Part shown: positions 1-9,376 of the stretch, one piece after another | Numbering within the stretch: position 1 is the stretch's first letter | How the letters are laid out: each line of letters starts with the position of its first letter | Assembly (NCBI GenBank): GCA_038896535.1 | Contig: JAWACY010000002.1 | Coordinates: forward strand, 176,445-240,444 | DNA from: Candidatus Anstonellales archaeon | Lineage (GTDB): Archaea > Micrarchaeota > Micrarchaeia > Anstonellales > J096 | DNA: 64,000 nucleotides | Direction: 5' to 3' | Program-made: the position numbers and the translations under genes | The notes under the pieces: model-generated | The model's input: the letters and a program-made list of their open reading frames with translations, nothing else | What the model was told of the DNA's origin: nothing | Databases searched by the model: none

Positions 1-575
1 GTATAATTGCAATATCAGATACTATAAAAGAAAGCTCAAAACAAGCAATAAAAACATTAAAAGATATGGGCTACGATGTTTATATGATAACTGGCGACAA
101 TGAGAAAAGCGCTTATGCAATAGCAAAACAAGTTTATATAGATAAAAAGCATGTTTTAGCTCATGTTTTCCCTGATGATAAAGCAAATGAAGTAAAAAAA
201 TTACAAAAACATGGCATTGTTGCTTTTGTTGGAGATGGTATTAACGATGCAATAGCTCTAACACAAGCAGATGTTGGCATAGCAATAGGAAAAGGCACTG
301 ATATAGCAATAGAATCAGCAGGCATTGTTTTAGTAAGAGATGACTTAAACATCCTTATAAAAGCAATAAAATTGAGCAAATACACTTTATGGAAAATAAA
401 AACAAATCTGTTCTGGGCTTTTATTTATAATATTATTGCAATCCCAATTGCAGTCGGCTTATTTTATTATTCATATAATATTTTGTTAAACCCGTTAATA
501 GCTGGTATTGCAATGGCATTAAGCTCATTAAGTGTTGTTACAAATACATTGCTTATGAAAGGATTCAAGCCATAA
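1..575 (+). CDS. copA: P1B-type heavy-metal (Cu-type) transporting ATPase, C-terminal part (5' truncated by window)
   Basis: Frame open from base 3 (IAISDTIKE); MITGDN, VGDGINDA, AMALSSLSVV motifs. Confidence 0.85.
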   Translation, partial: IIAISDTIKESSKQAIKTLKDMGYDVYMITGDNEKSAYAIAKQVYIDKKHVLAHVFPDDKANEVKKLQKHGIVAFVGDGINDAIALTQADVGIAIGKGTDIAIESAGIVLVRDDLNILIKAIKLSKYTLWKIKTNLFWAFIYNIIAIPIAVGLFYYSYNILLNPLIAGIAMALSSLSVVTNTLLMKGFKP

Positions 576-635
576 AGAAAATGGAGCATTCAAATTTTAA
601 TTAAAAGCTTTAAATATGCTTGCCCAATTCTATTT

Positions 636-1055
636 ATGGGGCAATATGAATTCCTTGAGCATACTGCTGATATAAAAATAAGGGCAAAAGGGAAAAATTT
701 TGCTGATGCAATGGAAGGAGCATTTAAGGCAATTATCAGTATAATAAATGAAAAAAAAGAAAAAAGGGAAAAAGAAGAAAAATTAATAATAGAAGTAAGA
801 GAAAAATTCCTTGAAGATGTTGTTGTAAATGCTCTTGAAAAACTTATAACATATTCAGAAATAGAAAAAATAATGCCTTATGATGTAAAAGTAATATCAT
901 TTGATGAAATGAACAATTTTTATTCATTAAAAGCAATAGTTTTTGGCTATAAAGTCAATGAAATAGAAACGCCAATAAAGGCAGTAACATACCATCAGCT
1001 TGTTATTAAAGAAATTGAAAATGAAACAATAATAGAATTCATTATTGACATCTAG
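636..1055 (+). CDS. Archease (RtcB cofactor)
   Basis: YEFLEHTADI at N-terminus, IKAVTYH and C-terminal IIDI. Confidence 0.93.
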   Translation: MGQYEFLEHTADIKIRAKGKNFADAMEGAFKAIISIINEKKEKREKEEKLIIEVREKFLEDVVVNALEKLITYSEIEKIMPYDVKVISFDEMNNFYSLKAIVFGYKVNEIETPIKAVTYHQLVIKEIENETIIEFIIDI

Positions 1056-1056
1056 C

Positions 1057-1452
1057 TTATTTATGCCTGAATGAACTTTTTATATACTCCTTAAGAAGCT
1101 TTATTACATACGCATTTGGATTGCCTGTATGTGTTTTTCCATAATAGCCATCATAGCTATTTATTTCCTTTTCTTTTATTTCTCCACTGCTTTTCAATAA
1201 AAAGAGATATAAATTAAGGGATGCAATATTGCAAATTGCCTTTAAAATAAGCCTTGTACTTTCCATTGCCTTATTATCAAGTGCAGCAATAAGCAAAAAA
1301 TCATTTACCGCCATAATATTTCTCCAGATATGGCTAAAATGCCCTGTTTCAATATTCTTATTTTCAAAATGCTCAAATTGCTCTGCCTTCATTACTGCTT
1401 TTTTATTTGCCCTGCTTATTGAATTAATTACCAATTGTTTTAAAATGCCCAT
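1057..1452 (-). CDS. Hypothetical protein (ORF track extends to 1548; probable start MGILKQ at 1452)
   Basis: Fills the gap between archease and the DUF35 gene; no recognised motif. Confidence 0.5.
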   Translation of the reverse strand: MGILKQLVINSISRANKKAVMKAEQFEHFENKNIETGHFSHIWRNIMAVNDFLLIAALDNKAMESTRLILKAICNIASLNLYLFLLKSSGEIKEKEINSYDGYYGKTHTGNPNAYVIKLLKEYIKSSFRHK

Positions 1453-1560
1453 TAATATTAATATGAAAAAACGCTTTTTAAAACATTCATATTGAAGTAT
1501 TTTAGCAAAAGCCAAAAAACTAAAGGCAGTGTTTAAAAAAATAAACATTTTATTACATTC

Positions 1561-1956
1561 ATGAAGGAAAGCATACCTCTAAATTGGAGGAGGATCCCTT
1601 ATAGGTATAAGCTTGAAGGCACAAAATGCTTGAATTGCAATAGCCATTTTTTCCCGCCCAGAATTGTATGTCCAAAATGCAGAAGGCAGGGGAAGATAAC
1701 AACGCATAAATTCTCTGGTTATGGTAAAATATTAACTTTTACAAAAGTTTTTGTGCCTCCTGCAGGATTTGAGGAAATAGCCCCATATTATGTAGGCATA
1801 ATAAAATTAGATGAAGGCCCTTGCATAACTGCACAGATTGTTGATTCTGAGAATGTTGAGATAGGAAAAAGAGTCAAATTAGTATTTAGAAGGTTGCAGC
1901 AAGACGGAGAGCATGGACTTATACATTATGGATTTAAATTTACTGTATTTGAATAA
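1561..1956 (+). CDS. Zn-ribbon/OB-fold protein (DUF35 family)
   Basis: CLNC...FPPR.VCPKC zinc ribbon followed by OB-fold, ending YGFKF. Confidence 0.9.
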   Translation: MKESIPLNWRRIPYRYKLEGTKCLNCNSHFFPPRIVCPKCRRQGKITTHKFSGYGKILTFTKVFVPPAGFEEIAPYYVGIIKLDEGPCITAQIVDSENVEIGKRVKLVFRRLQQDGEHGLIHYGFKFTVFE

Positions 1957-2683
1957 GCCTGCTCTTGCCTTCTTCTGTTTGGATCATTGCATTATATATT
2001 AACCATTGCCCCCTATTCCTTAATCCTTTGCTTTCTGGTAATGAATACATAAATTCTCTGTTATTTGATATGACTTTTAACAACAACACCTTTGGTTTGT
2101 AAACAAAGCTTGAGAATACTGAAGTAAAGCTTTTGGTAGTTAAAGGCAATGAATACATAAGCTCTGCTTCAATGCCATTTCTTTCTATTTTATTTAAAAT
2201 ACTGCTTATAAAAGAAAATGCTTCACTCATACTTTTTACATATTGCCTAAATTGCCTTCTATTTTTATCAAATATCTTATCAAGAAATGCAATCATATAT
2301 AAAGAACCCAAAACGCTAGAGAATGCTTCTATTTGTGCTGCATGTGATAAGAAAACAGAAGATTGCCATGAAGGTTCCATCAAAGCATTAAATGCTTGTC
2401 TTGCTTTTTCATCATCAGAAATAAGCCTGAACTTGCCGTTTTTATCAGTAGTTATAGCCCCATAATATGATAGTATGTAAGCAATATGTGCTAATATTTT
2501 GCTGTTAAAATAAACTGTATTCTGCCTTACTTGCTTTCTTATGGCAATTTCCTTTTTGCGAAAATAATTGTTAAAAACCCTTTCCAAGCTGTTTTTTCTC
2601 CTTACACTAGAAAACATGAAGTATGGCAATCTTATAACCTCAACATTCCTGCTATATGCTTCATCACAATTTTTATTATTCAT
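1940..2683 (-). CDS. Hypothetical protein, translationally coupled to the RelA/SpoT-like gene
   Basis: 247-aa ORF with 4-nt ATGA overlap to 2680..3906. Confidence 0.6.
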   Translation of the reverse strand: MNNKNCDEAYSRNVEVIRLPYFMFSSVRRKNSLERVFNNYFRKKEIAIRKQVRQNTVYFNSKILAHIAYILSYYGAITTDKNGKFRLISDDEKARQAFNALMEPSWQSSVFLSHAAQIEAFSSVLGSLYMIAFLDKIFDKNRRQFRQYVKSMSEAFSFISSILNKIERNGIEAELMYSLPLTTKSFTSVFSSFVYKPKVLLLKVISNNREFMYSLPESKGLRNRGQWLIYNAMIQTEEGKSRLIQIQ

Positions 2684-3906
2684 TCTACCACCACTACAAA
2701 AGCATTGTTTTGTTTAATAACTTTTATATCTGGTTTTTCTGTTTTAATAACAGCATTTATACATTGCTCTATTATCATTTCTGATTTCGCATTGTCAAAA
2801 TAATGTAATAAAAATTCTCTTAAACAATTTCTTACTACCCTTTCATCTCTAAAACATCTTATTTCATGTCTTGCTCTTAAGCGCCTTCCCAAATCATTGA
2901 TTTTTATTTCTATATTAATATTCACTGTTCCTTTTTTTATCACTTCTAGATGCTGCATTAAATACTTTTGAATGCCATGTATTGTTTCTATGCTGTTTTC
3001 CAGTCTTCCATAATTTTCATGGGTATCAACTTGCAATTCAACTGGAATAAATAGGCTTTTTTCTTCGCTCAAAAATTTGCATATTATATGTAATCTATTA
3101 TAACCATTATCTTTTGGTTTAAGATAGTATTCCTTAATGCTATTATCTGTTGTAGCTGGATCTGTATCTATGAATAAGGCCGGATTTTTTTGTATATATT
3201 TTATTAAAGCATCTTCTAAAATACACATTTGCTTTTCCCTTTCTTTTTCCATAAAAACAAGCCTTATCCCAACAAGGTCATGTAATTCAAATATGTGGTT
3301 CTCATCAAGGCCATATTGGCTTAATTTTTCATAAACATCAAATGGAGCTTTAATCCTTAACTCATAAAAAGCTAAATCAAAATCTGCTTTTTGCTTTATG
3401 TATTTCGATATTTCCCCTATTGTTTCAATAAGCGGCTTTATTTTCTGTCTTAACATGATGCCATAATTTATGCGTCCATAATTAAAGCCATAGCTTGTAC
3501 GCAAAAATAAATTATTAATAAAGAATTTCGGTATTCTGTGCAGACCAAATGACTTTGCCATCCCTCTTATCGCTGTTGCTTCTTCTACAACATGATAGCA
3601 AGTATTAATATCATAACCAGCAACTTCGTAAAGAAATAATGCAAATGCATTTAATGCTTTTTCTTTATCCCTACTGAGCAAAACAAAAAATTTATCAATA
3701 AATGGATTGAGGCCATCCCAATAAGATTTAAATAATATATTTCTAAATTCTGCTGTTTTTTTATCAAGAGAAAGTGCTTTTACATCTTCATCATTTGCAT
3801 ATTCCAATTTTTCAATTACTTTATTTCTATACCTAAGTCTCCTATAAAATGATGATTTAGGTTTTATTTCCGGGTATCTGTAAAAAAATGTTTTTATATT
3901 GCCCAT
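2680..3906 (-). CDS. RelA/SpoT (RSH) nucleotide pyrophosphokinase-domain protein
   Basis: RIK...YEKL, DLVGIR, KPKDNGYNRLH, VELQ motifs in the order of the (p)ppGpp synthetase domain. Confidence 0.75.
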   Translation of the reverse strand: MGNIKTFFYRYPEIKPKSSFYRRLRYRNKVIEKLEYANDEDVKALSLDKKTAEFRNILFKSYWDGLNPFIDKFFVLLSRDKEKALNAFALFLYEVAGYDINTCYHVVEEATAIRGMAKSFGLHRIPKFFINNLFLRTSYGFNYGRINYGIMLRQKIKPLIETIGEISKYIKQKADFDLAFYELRIKAPFDVYEKLSQYGLDENHIFELHDLVGIRLVFMEKEREKQMCILEDALIKYIQKNPALFIDTDPATTDNSIKEYYLKPKDNGYNRLHIICKFLSEEKSLFIPVELQVDTHENYGRLENSIETIHGIQKYLMQHLEVIKKGTVNINIEIKINDLGRRLRARHEIRCFRDERVVRNCLREFLLHYFDNAKSEMIIEQCINAVIKTEKPDIKVIKQNNAFVVVVE

Positions 3907-3951
3907 ATTTTACATAATATGTATAAAAGTGTTTTTAAATATTATTGACTA

Positions 3952-4039
3952 TGGGGCCACGAGGATTTGAACCCCGACTTACAGGTTTCTCTTATTTTTA
4001 TCTGGAGCCTGCCGTGCTGCCAGATTACACCATGGCCCC
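3952..4039 (-). tRNA. tRNA-Trp(CCA) with 15-nt intron at position 37/38 (intron 3987..4001)
   Basis: Cloverleaf GGGGCCA/TGGCCCC, anticodon arm GCAGG-CT-CCA-G^A-CCTGT, T-loop TTCAAAT. Confidence 0.92.
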
Positions 4040-4091
4040 TTTATTTATATCCAGAAATAAATATTAAAAACAATATGCAGAAAAATTATAA

Positions 4092-4352
4092 ATGCTAAAG
4101 GTAATTTTCAAAGGTAATGTTCAAGGCGTTGGATTTCGTTATACTGCAAAATATTATGCAATGAAAATAAATGCAAATGGCTATGTAAAAAACTTGAATG
4201 ATGGCTCAGTTGAACTAATAACTGACAAGGAAGAACTTATAAACATGTTAAAAAATCATTATAAAGATAATATCACTGAAATAAAAATAGAAAAAATAGA
4301 GCGCATAAATGAAAAAACAAATATAAATGGCTTTTCCATTCTATTTGATTAA
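4092..4352 (+). CDS. acyP: Acylphosphatase
   Basis: [10 protein letters not shown] and [12 protein letters not shown] motifs. Confidence 0.93.
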   Translation: MLKVIFKGNVQGVGFRYTAKYYAMKINANGYVKNLNDGSVELITDKEELINMLKNHYKDNITEIKIEKIERINEKTNINGFSILFD

Positions 4353-4373
4353 CCCCTACCATAATCTTTATTC

Positions 4374-5522
4374 TTATTTCTCCGCCTGTTCTATTCTTAT
4401 TTCTAATACATCCGCCGGCCTTTCTTTTTTTTGCCCATCAATTCTTGCTTTCGGCTTGTCGTTTTGTGGGTCATATTCTATTATATTTGAGCTAATATCA
4501 AGGCCGTGCTGTTCAAACAAGCCCTCTAATATTTCTTTAACTCTATCTATCCTTCTATTGCCAACTTTTTTTTCATCTCTTCCCCTATGCAAGAAATAAA
4601 GCACTAACTTCTCTGTCTTTTTAAATTCCTCTACTGCTTTCTTGTAAGCATCAATATTTACCCCTGTCATTTTTAATTGAGTGATAGTCTGCTCGGATAA
4701 TAAAACTTCATCGGCAAATTTTTTCCTGCCTTCTGTAGTTGTTAAATCATATTGAGTTGTTGTTGCTTGAGGTGTTGTTGGTGGTGCTGTTGCTTGAGAG
4801 GGTGATGCTGGAGGAGGGCTGCTAGATGGTTCTTCTTCTCTATACCCTTTTGTTAATTGAGCCAATTTCCAAAGCCAATATAAAAAAGCCTTTTTATCTT
4901 GTTCATCATTAAATTTTAAGTCTAAAGCTGCCATGGGTCTTTCTAAAGAGGTCTTATCATCTTTATGAGCGTTATAAAAATCTTCAAACCCTTTACTTCT
5001 AGCGTCATCCAATAAAGAATTAAATCTATCTAATCCAGTTGCTGATGCTGTTGCTGTCTCGCTTGCTACACTTGCCCCAGTTCCTTGTGCGGCTGAACCA
5101 GTTCCTGTAGCTTCACTTTTAAACTCTGTAACACCAAACTCTAAGATTGCCTTCTTGGCTTTTTCACCAAACTTTCCATTAGTTATCTCTTCAACAAAAC
5201 CTCTAGAACCAATAACAGGATTGCTCTCATTTTGCATATATTCTTTTATCTTATCTTCTTTTACTCCTGCTTTAAGTAAAAAAGCCACCCATAACATTAA
5301 TAGCTCTTGTGCCTGGTCTGTTTTTAAGGGATTTCCATCTGCACCTTTTAATTGCTGCATGCGTGTTATATGGCTAGTAAACCATTGTTGATTTTGATGA
5401 GCTGTTATAAAATTATTTGCTGCATTGCCACCAAATCTCTCATTAAATGCAGTTCTAGCCTCTTCTTCAATGTTTTGCGTTTCCTGTTGTTGCTGTATCT
5501 GAGCTTGTTGGCTATTTGTCAT
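4374..5522 (-). CDS. Hypothetical low-complexity protein (Q-rich N-terminus, S/T/A and P/T linkers)
   Basis: 382-aa ORF; no recognised domain. Confidence 0.7.
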   Translation of the reverse strand: MTNSQQAQIQQQQETQNIEEEARTAFNERFGGNAANNFITAHQNQQWFTSHITRMQQLKGADGNPLKTDQAQELLMLWVAFLLKAGVKEDKIKEYMQNESNPVIGSRGFVEEITNGKFGEKAKKAILEFGVTEFKSEATGTGSAAQGTGASVASETATASATGLDRFNSLLDDARSKGFEDFYNAHKDDKTSLERPMAALDLKFNDEQDKKAFLYWLWKLAQLTKGYREEEPSSSPPPASPSQATAPPTTPQATTTQYDLTTTEGRKKFADEVLLSEQTITQLKMTGVNIDAYKKAVEEFKKTEKLVLYFLHRGRDEKKVGNRRIDRVKEILEGLFEQHGLDISSNIIEYDPQNDKPKARIDGQKKERPADVLEIRIEQAEK

Positions 5523-5570
5523 AAAAACATAATAACAAAAATATTTAAAAAAGCTCTTTTTTATTTTTTT

Positions 5571-6350
5571 ATGCAGGTTTATAATGATTTTGATTTAAGC
5601 AAGGCAATAAATGTTTTAATGAATAGGATGCCAAATCCTTATAATCTAATAACATTATCTTTAATCATAATACTGGCTATAAACATATTTTTTGGATTTG
5701 ATATAAATAAACTATTAAGCCCTTTAATTGCAGTTATAACAGCAGTTATTTTTGATTATTTAATTACAATGTTAAAAACAAAAAAAGGCCAGATAAAGCA
5801 AACTGCATTGATTACAGGGCTTATAGTTGGCTTCGTAGTAAATTATAACATGCCATTATACGCTTTTCTTTCTTCTGCACTTGCAATAATAATAAAGCAT
5901 ATAATAAGACATAATAATTCAAACATATTTAATCCAGCAGCTTCTGGTATGATAATAACTTTTTTAATCAATAGAAATGCTGAACTTTGGTGGGTATCTG
6001 CTCCAAACATATTAATACTTGCTCCTATGCTAATACTTGGCTTTCTTGTTTCATTAAGAATAATGAGATTATATGCTAGCTTATCTTACATAATAGGGGC
6101 AATCATTATAATAATTGCTTTTAGGGGCTTTGAAAATTTCAACATCTTTTATGTTCCAATGTTCGGACCATTTTTCATGATCACTGAACCAAAAACAAGC
6201 CCAATAAAAGCATGGCAACAAATAGTATTTGGCTTTGCAATAGCAATAGTTGATGCTATTTCAGGTTATTTAAACTTATTACAATCGACATTTCTGCTTG
6301 GACTTTTATTTGGAAATTTAATGAATGCATTCCTTTTTAGGCGACTTTGA
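5571..6350 (+). CDS. RnfD/NqrB-like integral membrane protein
   Basis: IFNPAA and FFMITEPKTSP motifs, many TM segments; start moved from 5352 to ATG 5571 to avoid overlapping the divergent gene. Confidence 0.75.
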   Translation: MQVYNDFDLSKAINVLMNRMPNPYNLITLSLIIILAINIFFGFDINKLLSPLIAVITAVIFDYLITMLKTKKGQIKQTALITGLIVGFVVNYNMPLYAFLSSALAIIIKHIIRHNNSNIFNPAASGMIITFLINRNAELWWVSAPNILILAPMLILGFLVSLRIMRLYASLSYIIGAIIIIIAFRGFENFNIFYVPMFGPFFMITEPKTSPIKAWQQIVFGFAIAIVDAISGYLNLLQSTFLLGLLFGNLMNAFLFRRL

Positions 6351-6352
6351 TG

Positions 6353-7582
6353 TTATTTAATAAAAGCATTTTTTATGTATGTCAAACCTTTAACACATGA
6401 AGCTGCTTTGTTTAATGCTTCTTCCGCTTTTTGTATGCTTTCATCTCTTGTCACAAGTGCAATACTCCTTGAAGGGCTTGAATAATAAACGCCGTTTTTC
6501 TCATTGAGGCCTTGAAAAAAATATCTTACTCCTAAAGCCCATATGCATTTTTCATTTATCTCTATCTTTACTGGCTTTTTCGCTCTTTCAGGATAACCTT
6601 TTGCAAACATAAATTTGCATACATTTGGCACTGTATTGAATCTTATTTCTTTTAACTCTTTATTTATTATATCAGCAAAAACGCTTGCTATCTCATCATA
6701 CATTAGTTGCAATATATTCAATGCTGCAGGGTCATTGAATGTTGAACTAAAACCAGTTAAAAATATCCCCTTTTCTGTCTTTATGAATTCTCCGCCTATG
6801 CTACCATTAAAAAATATAAAATTCTCATCAAAATATTTAACTACTTTCATTATCTGGTTTTTGCAATATTCTATATCATCCTTAGTCAAAAAATCTAATG
6901 CCTGTCCTGTTGTATAGCTAGCATAACCCTGACTTGAATAGCCATTATAAAATCTCAATACATAAACTGGTGGAGCAATACTTACTCTCTTTCCATCAGT
7001 AAAAGATAGCAAAACAAAATTTTTCCCATTTATCCTTGGCTCAATTATAACATTAGCATCTTTATTCTTTAATAATTTCCTGCAATAAGAAACTGCCTTT
7101 TTATCATTAGCTTTGAAAAATCTTGTGCCCCTACCCATTGTGTAGTAATTTGGCTTTATTGCAACCTCCATATTACTAAAATCATTAAGTATATTCTTTG
7201 CTTCTTCTATACTATTAGCCTTTTTGTATGGCACTGTCTTTATATCAAGCTTTGAGCATATTTCCTTTGCATAAACTTTATCTGATTCAATTTTTGATGC
7301 CTCAATGCCAGAACCTATAACACTTACATATTTTTCTAATTCATCAACAACACCAGCATTTATAAAAGTTCTTGAAAGCACAACAGCATAGCTTATTCTA
7401 TGTTTTTTAACAAAATCTGCTATCTGCTTTGGCTCTGGCTTTTTTTGTATCAAATATGAAATACTAAGCCTTCTTATTCCTGGATTGTCCCTTCTCATTA
7501 CAGCATAAAGCTCTGCACTTCTAGCTACTCTATCACTAACTGTATGCGAAACTGCATTATCGCCAATGACTAAAACGCGCAT
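6353..7582 (-). CDS. Phosphoribosylamine-glycine ligase (PurD)-like ATP-grasp protein, degenerate
   Basis: MRVLVIG start, NPGI, AGVVDEL, ASKIESDKVYAK, GYP motifs; the GxGGREH and GPNTGGMG signatures are altered. Confidence 0.65.
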   Translation of the reverse strand: MRVLVIGDNAVSHTVSDRVARSAELYAVMRRDNPGIRRLSISYLIQKKPEPKQIADFVKKHRISYAVVLSRTFINAGVVDELEKYVSVIGSGIEASKIESDKVYAKEICSKLDIKTVPYKKANSIEEAKNILNDFSNMEVAIKPNYYTMGRGTRFFKANDKKAVSYCRKLLKNKDANVIIEPRINGKNFVLLSFTDGKRVSIAPPVYVLRFYNGYSSQGYASYTTGQALDFLTKDDIEYCKNQIMKVVKYFDENFIFFNGSIGGEFIKTEKGIFLTGFSSTFNDPAALNILQLMYDEIASVFADIINKELKEIRFNTVPNVCKFMFAKGYPERAKKPVKIEINEKCIWALGVRYFFQGLNEKNGVYYSSPSRSIALVTRDESIQKAEEALNKAASCVKGLTYIKNAFIK

Positions 7583-7654
7583 AAAACATTTATTTAATTG
7601 TAATTTAAAAATATGACGCTCCAATTTTTTATTGCCCAACTCTAAAACTCTAAG

Positions 7655-8674
7655 CTATGGGGCCAAATTTTTTAGTGTTTCAAAATACTTCTCCAAAAGT
7701 TGATAAAGTTTGTAATTTGCTCTTGCATAACCGCCAGTCTTATAAGTAGTTTTATTATCAAGAAATAATAAAAGTGCATCATTCATATTTTGAAGGCTTT
7801 TATTGCCATTCTTTTTATTCTCATAATAATAAATAAACTCTTTCAATAATCGCTTAAATTCTGGCAGCCCTAAATTATGTAAAGAAGACACTAATATAGA
7901 TACAAATTTCTTTCTTTGCTCGACATTTGCGCTTTCCCAGAGTTTATTAAAAAATTTGTTTGAATTTAGATATTCTCCAATAGAGCCTAACTCATAATAG
8001 TTAAGTAATAAAGTTGCTTTTGCTTGGCAATGAAAACTTACACAGTCATAAAAATTTTTATTTAGATGCCCTTCGAATAAGTTTACTAAGCCATTATAAG
8101 TTGCTTCTCTCATTTGAAAAGCCCCAATGCTATTTGCTTTATCTAATGAAGGAAGAGCATTCCAGGGAAATGAAGAAAGAGCATAAAATATATTGAGCAT
8201 AGCTTCCTCATCATTAATAATTTGTTTTCCTACTATTTCGCCCATTGTCAAGCTTAATATAAACTTTATATCAAAGAACTTTTGTATTTCGCTTCTAATC
8301 TTAATAATATTTTTTATTTCCATTTCTTTTAGGCTTTCTATTACTTTTATATATTCAGGCAATCTTGGTGGGAAAACTAGCACATACTTACCATCCTTTA
8401 TAAAAAAAGGGTGAAGATTCCTATAGAAATATTTTGCACTTTTATACATAGCCATTTTTTCATTCCATAATCTTTCATTATGCATTATCCAATAAGTAAA
8501 TTTCTCGCCATTTTTATAATATAAGATAATTTTATCTTTATAAAGCTCCATATAGCTTACATTTGGCGTTATCCCCTTTATCCAAACTGGAAATTTTTTA
8601 ACGATTTTGTATTTTTCTCCGCTTGAAGGTTGATTTGTTTTCGTTTCTTTTTTCGGTTCTTTTAATGCATGCAT
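7655..8674 (-). CDS. Putative lysozyme-like / lytic transglycosylase-fold protein
   Basis: LTMGE (candidate catalytic Glu), SIGAFQM..AT, SLHNLG, GY motifs; start could be 8674 or 8695. Confidence 0.5.
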   Translation of the reverse strand: MHALKEPKKETKTNQPSSGEKYKIVKKFPVWIKGITPNVSYMELYKDKIILYYKNGEKFTYWIMHNERLWNEKMAMYKSAKYFYRNLHPFFIKDGKYVLVFPPRLPEYIKVIESLKEMEIKNIIKIRSEIQKFFDIKFILSLTMGEIVGKQIINDEEAMLNIFYALSSFPWNALPSLDKANSIGAFQMREATYNGLVNLFEGHLNKNFYDCVSFHCQAKATLLLNYYELGSIGEYLNSNKFFNKLWESANVEQRKKFVSILVSSLHNLGLPEFKRLLKEFIYYYENKKNGNKSLQNMNDALLLFLDNKTTYKTGGYARANYKLYQLLEKYFETLKNLAP

Positions 8675-8706
8675 AATATTTAAAATAGTTATCATATTAA
8701 AATTTT

Positions 8707-9288
8707 ATGCCTTTAAGCAAGACAGATAAGAAGTTTTTTGAAATCATAGCAATAAATGGCCTTATTGCTATTTTAAGCATTTTATTAATAATATTTACGC
8801 AAAAAGGAGAGGAAGGGCATTATCATATTCACATAGATTTCAAAGTTTTTTTAGATGGGCAAGAAGTAAATTTTTCAAAACCAGAGTATATGAGTGAAGA
8901 AGGAAAGGAATTAAGCAAAATTATACATTTACATGATATGAACGGAAATGTTTTGCACATACACTCTGAAAATGCTAAATTAGAAGATTTTTTTAAGAGC
9001 ATAAATATGACATTAACAGATAATTGCTTAATAACAAAAAACAAAAAATATTGCGGTTTAAAGCTCTATGTTAATAGAGGGGTTTTATTTTGGATTGAAC
9101 AGAATATAAGCACATATAAACCAAAAGATTTGGATAGGATATTAATAACTGACGGAAAAGGGAATATAGAAGAACAAAAAAATGCTGTTACAGATGAAGC
9201 GTGTATACCTTCAAACAGATGTTTTTGGAGGGGCGTAGCAAAAGAGGAAAGCAGTTGCTCATCAAATTCTGTCAGCTGTCCTGTATAG
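8707..9288 (+). CDS. Membrane-anchored His/Cys-rich protein, possibly metal-binding
   Basis: N-terminal TM; HIHIDFKV, IHLHD...LHIH; Cys-rich C-terminus. Confidence 0.65.
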   Translation: MPLSKTDKKFFEIIAINGLIAILSILLIIFTQKGEEGHYHIHIDFKVFLDGQEVNFSKPEYMSEEGKELSKIIHLHDMNGNVLHIHSENAKLEDFFKSINMTLTDNCLITKNKKYCGLKLYVNRGVLFWIEQNISTYKPKDLDRILITDGKGNIEEQKNAVTDEACIPSNRCFWRGVAKEESSCSSNSVSCPV

Positions 9289-9376
9289 CTTTCGCTCTAT
9301 TCAATCTTAATATTCAGATTTTTTAATAACGTGCTATTCTTTAACTCTTTATCCTTTCAGCTTGCTTTTTTATATA

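Noticed and set aside
2680..4039. Integrated element at tRNA-Trp or tRNA-Gly
   Set aside because: No integrase and no duplicated tRNA 3' end (att site) noticed in the window
5352..5570. N-terminal extension of the RnfD-like ORF in the ORF track
   Set aside because: Overlaps the divergent 382-aa gene and its promoter; ATG 5571 or later is more plausible
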